Source of the DNA: Candidatus Latescibacterota bacterium
GTDB taxonomy: Bacteria > Latescibacterota > UBA2968
DNA length: 64,000 nt
Direction of reading: 5' to 3'
Assembly: GCA_965204745.1 (NCBI GenBank)
Contig: OZ242010.1
Location: 2,240,001-2,304,000 of the forward strand
The notes beneath the pieces were generated by a model, which was given only the letters and a program-made list of their open reading frames with translations, was not told the origin of the DNA and searched no databases. Numbering within the stretch: the stretch's first letter is position 1; each line of letters opens with the position of its first letter. Positions 57,971-64,000 of the stretch are shown here, one piece after another. The position numbers and the translations under genes are program-made.

Positions 57971-59965
57971 ATGGCCCTCGATGCTCAACACCCTCAGCAA
58001 GATGTTTTAGACGAACAGTCGCAACCCGCTGTCACTGCGCGGTCCGTGGGGTTGGGGCTGTTTTTGGTCATTGCGCTCGACCTCTTGGCGATTTACGTGC
58101 GCTATGTGTTTCACGGCGCGCTCATGACCTATAGCCACATTCCAATGGCGATGCTGATCGCGTTGATGCTCATGATGTTTGGCCTCGCCATCATCGCCAA
58201 GATGACCGGGTGGGTGCTCTCAAAAGGCGAGTGGCACGCGATTTTGGCCATGGGCATCGTGGGCGCCGCGCTGCCGGGCTTTGGCCTGACCGGGTATTTG
58301 CTCGGGTACATCACGGCGCCGTATTATTTCGCCACGGAAGAAAACGAATGGGCCGAGCACTTGCACCCGCATTTGCCCAACTGGCTGTTGCCGAGCAACG
58401 AAGGCAATGCGGTCGCGTGGTATTACGAGGGCTTGCCCAGCGGCGCGGAAATCCCTTGGGGCGTGTGGTTGTTGCCCCTGTTTTGGTGGACCACAGTCGT
58501 GGCCGCGGCCTTTGTGATGCTGGCGTGCGTGGCAGTCGTATTTCGCAAACAATGGGTGCAAAACGAACGCTTGGTCTTTCCGGCCATGGCGCCGCTGATC
58601 GACATGGCCTCCGCGCCTGGGGATGGCAAGCGGTGGTTGCCCGAGTTCACGCGCAGCCGGTTGTTCTGGATCGGATTCGCCATTGCGTTTGGGGTGCTGG
58701 CATGGAATTGCATCAACTACTTTTTGCCGGGGTTCCCGCGCTTTCCCATCTACCGATCTCGGTGGTACTGGATCGACCGGCAACTGCCGCCGATTCGGGG
58801 CTACTTTGGGATTTTCACCGTGTTTTTCTCGTACTTTGCCAGCTTGGACGTGCTGTTCTCGATCTGGTTTTTCGATCTGGTCTTCATCTTTGAAGGCGGG
58901 CAACTCAGCAAGTGGGGGTACAAAGCCATCACCCCGTACTATCGCACGGGCGTGTATTACTGGCAAACCTTCGGGGCCTTTGTGGTCTTTGTGGCATCCG
59001 CATTTTGGGTCGCGCGAAAACATTTGCGCGACGTGCTGATGAAAGCCCTAGGGCGCGATCCCACTGTGGATGACGCGCACGAGTTGATGTCGTATCGCGC
59101 CGCGTGCATCGGCTTGATCGGCGGCATGGCGTATTTGTTCATCTGGTTGGTGCAGATGAATTTCGATCCGCTGAAAGGGTTTTTGTTTTTGTTGGCCTTG
59201 ATCTTTGTCTATACGGGGGTGGCGAAAATCCTCGCGGATACGGGCATGCCATTTACGAGCAAGCCCATCGGTACGTGGAGCATGGTCGCGTCGTTTGTCG
59301 GGCGGCGCAATATCTCGCTGCCCACATTGGTCGCGTTCCGGTTTTCGTGTTTGATCACCGAGAATTTCAAGGGCTTGTTCTTGCCCGCGCTCTCCCATGC
59401 CGGGCGCGTAGCAGAAGGCGTTCCCGGCAATCAGCGGCGGCGGTTGATGGGCGCGCTCGGCTTGGTGTTCATCGTCAGTTTGCTGTTCAACCTGCTGTTC
59501 ACGGTTTGGCTCGGGTACGACCAAGGGGCGTACAATTTCAACAGTTGGGAAATCACGCGCGCCGCAGAACGCCATTTTCAGCGCACGGTTGACGCCCTCA
59601 AAAAACCCGACGAACCGCCGTTTTACGAAAAGAATCCCGAAGAGGCGGTCTTCTTGGGCATCGGCGGCCTGCTGATGGCCGGGTTGATCTACATGCGCTA
59701 TCGCTTCGTGTGGTGGCCCCTGCATCCGGTTGGGCTGGCGATTTCGGGCCATTACTTGGCGCGGCGCACGAGTTTTACCACGTTTTTGGCGTGGCTCATC
59801 AAGTTCGTGATGATGAAGGTCGGCGGGCCAACCGTGTATCGCAAATCCCGGCCCTTGTTCATCGGGTTGCTGGTCGGGTACATTCTCGGCGTGGCCCTGT
59901 CAACTGGCATCGACATGATTTGGTTCCCAGAACGCGGCCACGGGGGGGTACATCGCTATGGATAA
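57971..59965 (+). CDS. DUF6785/DUF6784-type polytopic membrane protein, copy 2
   Basis: PYYFATEENEW, QWVQNERLVFP and WPLHPVG; clear paralog of 5268-7259. Confidence 0.7.
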   Translation: MALDAQHPQQDVLDEQSQPAVTARSVGLGLFLVIALDLLAIYVRYVFHGALMTYSHIPMAMLIALMLMMFGLAIIAKMTGWVLSKGEWHAILAMGIVGAALPGFGLTGYLLGYITAPYYFATEENEWAEHLHPHLPNWLLPSNEGNAVAWYYEGLPSGAEIPWGVWLLPLFWWTTVVAAAFVMLACVAVVFRKQWVQNERLVFPAMAPLIDMASAPGDGKRWLPEFTRSRLFWIGFAIAFGVLAWNCINYFLPGFPRFPIYRSRWYWIDRQLPPIRGYFGIFTVFFSYFASLDVLFSIWFFDLVFIFEGGQLSKWGYKAITPYYRTGVYYWQTFGAFVVFVASAFWVARKHLRDVLMKALGRDPTVDDAHELMSYRAACIGLIGGMAYLFIWLVQMNFDPLKGFLFLLALIFVYTGVAKILADTGMPFTSKPIGTWSMVASFVGRRNISLPTLVAFRFSCLITENFKGLFLPALSHAGRVAEGVPGNQRRRLMGALGLVFIVSLLFNLLFTVWLGYDQGAYNFNSWEITRAAERHFQRTVDALKKPDEPPFYEKNPEEAVFLGIGGLLMAGLIYMRYRFVWWPLHPVGLAISGHYLARRTSFTTFLAWLIKFVMMKVGGPTVYRKSRPLFIGLLVGYILGVALSTGIDMIWFPERGHGGVHRYG

Positions 59966-62900
59966 CCACCTCACGCACATCGCGCGCCTACTCGCGGCAT
60001 TGGGCATTGCGGTCGGCGCGCTCTTGCTCGCGGGCCCGGACCGCGTGAACATCTACTTGAGCGCGTTGTTGGGCTTGGAAGCCCCGACCGAGGTGCCGCC
60101 CGAGCCGGTTCCGCGCGCCGAAGAGGTCAGCGCGAGGGTTTTCGACGCGGTGCGAGAAAGCCGCATCCGCGAGTTGATGCATGAGTTTGCGCGCCACGAC
60201 TCGCGCGTGGTGGGCTATCCGGGCCATGAAAAAGCCGCGGATTTCATCGCGTCCGAGTTTCGGCGGTTGGGCATGGAAGACGTGGAAGCCGAGACCTACG
60301 GCGTTGCCGTGCCCATGGACCACGGGGGCACGTTGACCGTGGAAGGCACCGGCGAATCCTTTCCCATCCACGGGTTGTGGCCGAATTTGATCAAGACCAC
60401 CACCTTGCCCGCAGACGGGGTGCGCGGGCCCCTCTTGTGGGGCGGTTCTGGCGAGGTGTCGGCCTTCAACGGGCATGTAGTCGAAGGCGCGGTGGTGTTG
60501 ATGGACTTTAATTCCTGGAACAACTGGCTCAACGCCGCCATGCTCGGCGCGCAACAAGTCGTGTTTATCGAACCGGACTCCACCTTCACCGCAGAGGCCG
60601 AGACCAAGTTCTTGCAAGTGCCCAACAGCGTCGAGCGGTTTTGGATCGACAAGGCGAGTGGGGAAAAACTCAGGGCATTGACCGCGCAAAAAGACGCGGT
60701 CTATGTCACCCTCGAGGCGCGCATGGATTGGGAAAAGCCCGAGACCCGCAACATCCTGGGCTGGATTCGCGGCACGGACCCGGCGTTGCGCGACAAAATC
60801 GTGGTGATCAACGCCTATTACGACGCGATGTCCGTCGTGCCCGCACGGGCGCCTGGCGCGGAAATGGCGAGTGGCATCGTGGGCCTGATGCAGTTGGCCG
60901 AATACTTCAGCAGGTACCCGCCCAAACACACGCTTTTGTTTTTGGCGTCTTCGGGCCACCACCTCGGCTTTCGGGGAATCTGCGATTTTTTGAGCCGGCA
61001 CTCGCGCAAGGAAAAACATTTTGCCGCGTTGATGACCGAACCCCTCGACCTCCCGCTGTTGATCTCGCTGGATTTGACGAGCCAGACCGACGAAGTGGGG
61101 GTTTGGAACAGCACGCGCAACTATTATTACAAGCGGTTCTTCACGCCCTTTGGCAAGTCCTTCGTGCATTACTCAAAGGCCATCGCCGAGCATTTCGACC
61201 TCGACCCCGCAGACGCGCTCATCGACGGGATCAACCCCAAGGGCGGCATGAACTGGGACATGTACATTCCCGGAAAAATCCTCAAAACCGATGGCGAAGT
61301 CGTGCTCGAAGCGGGCACCCCCGCGCTGTCGCTCATCACGGTCAACGACGCGCGCTTCCGGGTGGATACGCCCTTGGACAAAGCCGAGTACGTGAATTTC
61401 AAAAACCTCACCGGGCAGATTCGCACCCTCGCAGGCGTGCTCGATTTGGGCCTCAATTCCGACGATTTTCTGCCGGATTACAAGTTGGATCCCGACGACC
61501 GCATGCGCGGCCTCAAGGGCTTTGTCCGCACGTTTCCCCGGCGGAGCATCACGCCGGATCGCCCCCGGCCAGGCGCGGTCGCCTCGCTGCGAATGGGCAT
61601 CGACAAATCGGTCAAAGGCGTGCGCCGCATCTATTACGACATCGCGGATGAAAACGGCGAGTTTTACATGCCGGGCATCGCCGAGCGTCGCGTGGATGTG
61701 AAGGCGTTTTACATGGATCCGCAAACCGGCGAGATCACGTACGCGCCCAATCGCGGTCGTCAAGCGCGCATCTATCGGGGCGAGTTCGACATGGACTGGT
61801 GGATTTCCAAGCGCACGCAAATTTTATTTCCGTGCATTACCACCGATTTTTACGATACGGTCGACCCGCGCTACCTCACCAAGTTGTCGAGCATCAGCGT
61901 GCTCGGCCTGGGCAATACCGCGCCGCAGGAATACGGCTATGCCATCGGCTTTGGCCCGGAAGAACCGGTCGGCACGATTTTCACCACCCCGGGCGAGCGG
62001 GTCAAAATCGTGATGCGCGAGCGCGAGATCGGGGTGCGCTATTTGTTGCTCAACGCGAAAAGCGCGGAGAGCGTGGAAGTCGCGCGCGGCGATGGCTTCC
62101 AAATCCTCACGCACGGGTCCTTTACGCGCTCCTCGTTCCAAGCGGCAAAAGACATGTGGACGTTGAACGAGGCGCGCATGCGCGAATTGAAAAAGTACTC
62201 TATCGAAAACCAGCGCATGACCCAGTTGCACGCGCAGGCCAAAGAGCATCTCGACCTGGCCGAAGCGGCGTTGCACACCCAGCAATGGGATACATTTATC
62301 AAACACACGCGCGCGGGCATGGGCCTGGAGTCGAAAGCCTATCCGGACGTGAAATCGACTCAGAACGACGTGATCCGCGGCGTGATTTTCTTCATGTTGC
62401 TGGTGGTCCCGTGTGCGTTTTTCGTCGAGCGATTGGTCTTCACGTTTTCCGATATCCGCATGCAAATCGCCGGCTTTGGCGCGGCATTTGTGGTGATCTG
62501 GATTTTTCTGTCGCAAGTGCATCCCGCGTTTGACCTGTCCAACCCCTTTGTGATTTTGCTGGCCTTTGTGATTTTGGCCTTGGCGATTTTCGTCATTTCT
62601 ATCGTGTCGAGCAGGTTTAGCGACAATATCCGCCAGTTACGCGCCGAAGAGGTCTTGCTCCACGACACGGATGTGGGGCGAATCAGCGCGTCTGTGGCCG
62701 CGTTTCAGTTGGGCATTGCCAACCTCAAAAAGCGCAAAATGCGTACCGGCCTCACGTTCGTCACGCTGGTCTTGCTGACCTTTACCGTATTGTCCTTCAT
62801 GTCCATCAAAACCACGCTGAACTTTTCGCAACTCCCGCTGGACGTGGAAGGCAAGTACCCGGGCCTATTGATCCGCAGCCAGTTCTGGGGGCCGCTAGAA

Positions 62901-64000
62901 GACGCGGCCTACGACTACGCCAAGATCAACTTTTTCGACCGAGGCGAAATCGCGCCGCGCAGTTGGTACATCACCCACGACAAGAAAAAGACGCCGATAG
63001 AAACCCCGGACAAATCGACCAAAGTGCTGGGCATTTTGGGCTTGGCGGCCAACGAACCCGCGGTCACGAAAATCGACACCTTGCTCAGCCATGGGCGTTG
63101 GTTTGAGCAGGGCGAATCCGCGTGCATCTTGCCCGGCAAAATGGCCGACCTGCTCGACGTGGCGCCCGAAGATGTGGGGGAAAAACACGTCCGCTTGTTC
63201 GGCAAACAACTAAAAGTGGTGGGCCTCATCGACGCGGAAAAAATGCGCCAGCACCTCGACTTGGATGGCGAAATGCTCAGCCCTGCGGATTTCAAACTCA
63301 CGGATGAGGAAATCGTCGCCCGAATCACGCAACAAGAGACCCGGGAAAAACAGGGCTTGGAACAACCCCAACTCGAGAACATGTCCTTTGAACACCTCGA
63401 TCCCGACGACATCGCCATCACCCCCTACAAGATGTTGCGCGAAGTGGGCAGCCCCTTGCAATCCGTGGCGATTCGCCTCCGCGATGAGGGGGAGGTCGAA
63501 GCGCAGATCAAGGAATACGTGTCGCGCTTGTCCGTGGTGTTATACGCGGGCATTCCGCAGGCCGATGGCAGCATCCGCGTGGCGATTTACAGTTCCCTCG
63601 GTTGGGGCCCCTTGCCCGGCTTGGCGAATTTGTTCGTCCCCATTTTGGTCGCCGCGCTGATCGTACTCAACACGATGATGGGGTCCGTGTACGAGCGATT
63701 TCGGGAAATCGGGATTTATTCTTCGGTGGGCCTGGCGCCGGTTCACATCGCGTTTTTGTTCATCGCCGAGGCGTGCGTGTACGCGGTTTTGGGCACGGTG
63801 GCCGGGTATCTCTTGGGCCAAGGCGTCGCCAAATTCTTGCTGTGGCAAGGGTTATTGCAAGGGCTTTCCATCAATTATTCCGCATTGTCAACTGTGATCT
63901 CGTCCGCGCTGGTGATGCTGGTGGTGTTGCTGTCTTCCCTCTATCCGGCGCGGCAGGCATCTCTTATGGCCGTGCCGGACGTGACGCGCCGCTGGAAATT
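59958..64000 (+). CDS. M28-like/FtsX fusion membrane protein, copy 2 (runs off the window; absent from the ORF track)
   Basis: ATG 59958 (MDNHLTHIARLL...) overlaps the upstream stop; collinear with 7323-11849 (INAYYD, GAEMASG, GHHLGFRG, NTMMGSVYERFREIG). Confidence 0.8.
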   Translation, partial: MDNHLTHIARLLAALGIAVGALLLAGPDRVNIYLSALLGLEAPTEVPPEPVPRAEEVSARVFDAVRESRIRELMHEFARHDSRVVGYPGHEKAADFIASEFRRLGMEDVEAETYGVAVPMDHGGTLTVEGTGESFPIHGLWPNLIKTTTLPADGVRGPLLWGGSGEVSAFNGHVVEGAVVLMDFNSWNNWLNAAMLGAQQVVFIEPDSTFTAEAETKFLQVPNSVERFWIDKASGEKLRALTAQKDAVYVTLEARMDWEKPETRNILGWIRGTDPALRDKIVVINAYYDAMSVVPARAPGAEMASGIVGLMQLAEYFSRYPPKHTLLFLASSGHHLGFRGICDFLSRHSRKEKHFAALMTEPLDLPLLISLDLTSQTDEVGVWNSTRNYYYKRFFTPFGKSFVHYSKAIAEHFDLDPADALIDGINPKGGMNWDMYIPGKILKTDGEVVLEAGTPALSLITVNDARFRVDTPLDKAEYVNFKNLTGQIRTLAGVLDLGLNSDDFLPDYKLDPDDRMRGLKGFVRTFPRRSITPDRPRPGAVASLRMGIDKSVKGVRRIYYDIADENGEFYMPGIAERRVDVKAFYMDPQTGEITYAPNRGRQARIYRGEFDMDWWISKRTQILFPCITTDFYDTVDPRYLTKLSSISVLGLGNTAPQEYGYAIGFGPEEPVGTIFTTPGERVKIVMREREIGVRYLLLNAKSAESVEVARGDGFQILTHGSFTRSSFQAAKDMWTLNEARMRELKKYSIENQRMTQLHAQAKEHLDLAEAALHTQQWDTFIKHTRAGMGLESKAYPDVKSTQNDVIRGVIFFMLLVVPCAFFVERLVFTFSDIRMQIAGFGAAFVVIWIFLSQVHPAFDLSNPFVILLAFVILALAIFVISIVSSRFSDNIRQLRAEEVLLHDTDVGRISASVAAFQLGIANLKKRKMRTGLTFVTLVLLTFTVLSFMSIKTTLNFSQLPLDVEGKYPGLLIRSQFWGPLEDAAYDYAKINFFDRGEIAPRSWYITHDKKKTPIETPDKSTKVLGILGLAANEPAVTKIDTLLSHGRWFEQGESACILPGKMADLLDVAPEDVGEKHVRLFGKQLKVVGLIDAEKMRQHLDLDGEMLSPADFKLTDEEIVARITQQETREKQGLEQPQLENMSFEHLDPDDIAITPYKMLREVGSPLQSVAIRLRDEGEVEAQIKEYVSRLSVVLYAGIPQADGSIRVAIYSSLGWGPLPGLANLFVPILVAALIVLNTMMGSVYERFREIGIYSSVGLAPVHIAFLFIAEACVYAVLGTVAGYLLGQGVAKFLLWQGLLQGLSINYSALSTVISSALVMLVVLLSSLYPARQASLMAVPDVTRRWK

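Overview
A 64-kb, GC-rich bacterial chromosomal window. The dockerin/EF-hand, YWTD, GLUG and Calx-beta surface proteins, the several PQQ-type beta-propellers and the DUF6785-type membrane proteins suggest an uncultured FCB/PVC-type organism, possibly a sponge-type symbiont (inference only). Core and metabolic genes: a sulfatase, a NUDIX hydrolase, a GT87 glycosyltransferase, csp, an SDR, an S9 peptidase, a natAB-like ABC exporter, parA/parB, ppdK and a PhyH dioxygenase. Two candidate undescribed systems stand out. (1) A minus-strand cluster (38.9-56.5 kb) with an EhpF/GriC-like AMP-ligase, a GriD/LuxC-like reductase-type ALDH, an Fe-ADH, a non-canonical HemN-like radical SAM enzyme, four exported PQQ-type beta-propellers and a TonB-dependent receptor; a block of mobile DNA splits it. 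(2) Two paralogous copies of an operon pairing a DUF6785/6784-type polytopic membrane protein with a ~1500-aa M28-peptidase-like/FtsX fusion that has altered metal ligands; copy 1 has no adjacent ATPase and copy 2 runs off the window. Also present: a YWTD-propeller gene between an IS607 tnpA 5' remnant and a tnpB 3' end, an intact IS701-family element, nested MITE families, candidate defence/TA modules (ABC ATPase + TOPRIM-like, VapC, a frameshifted Panacea protein) and several gene remnants missed by the ORF track. No rRNA, tRNA or CRISPR array was recognised. All family assignments come from motif recognition by eye; no database search was run.
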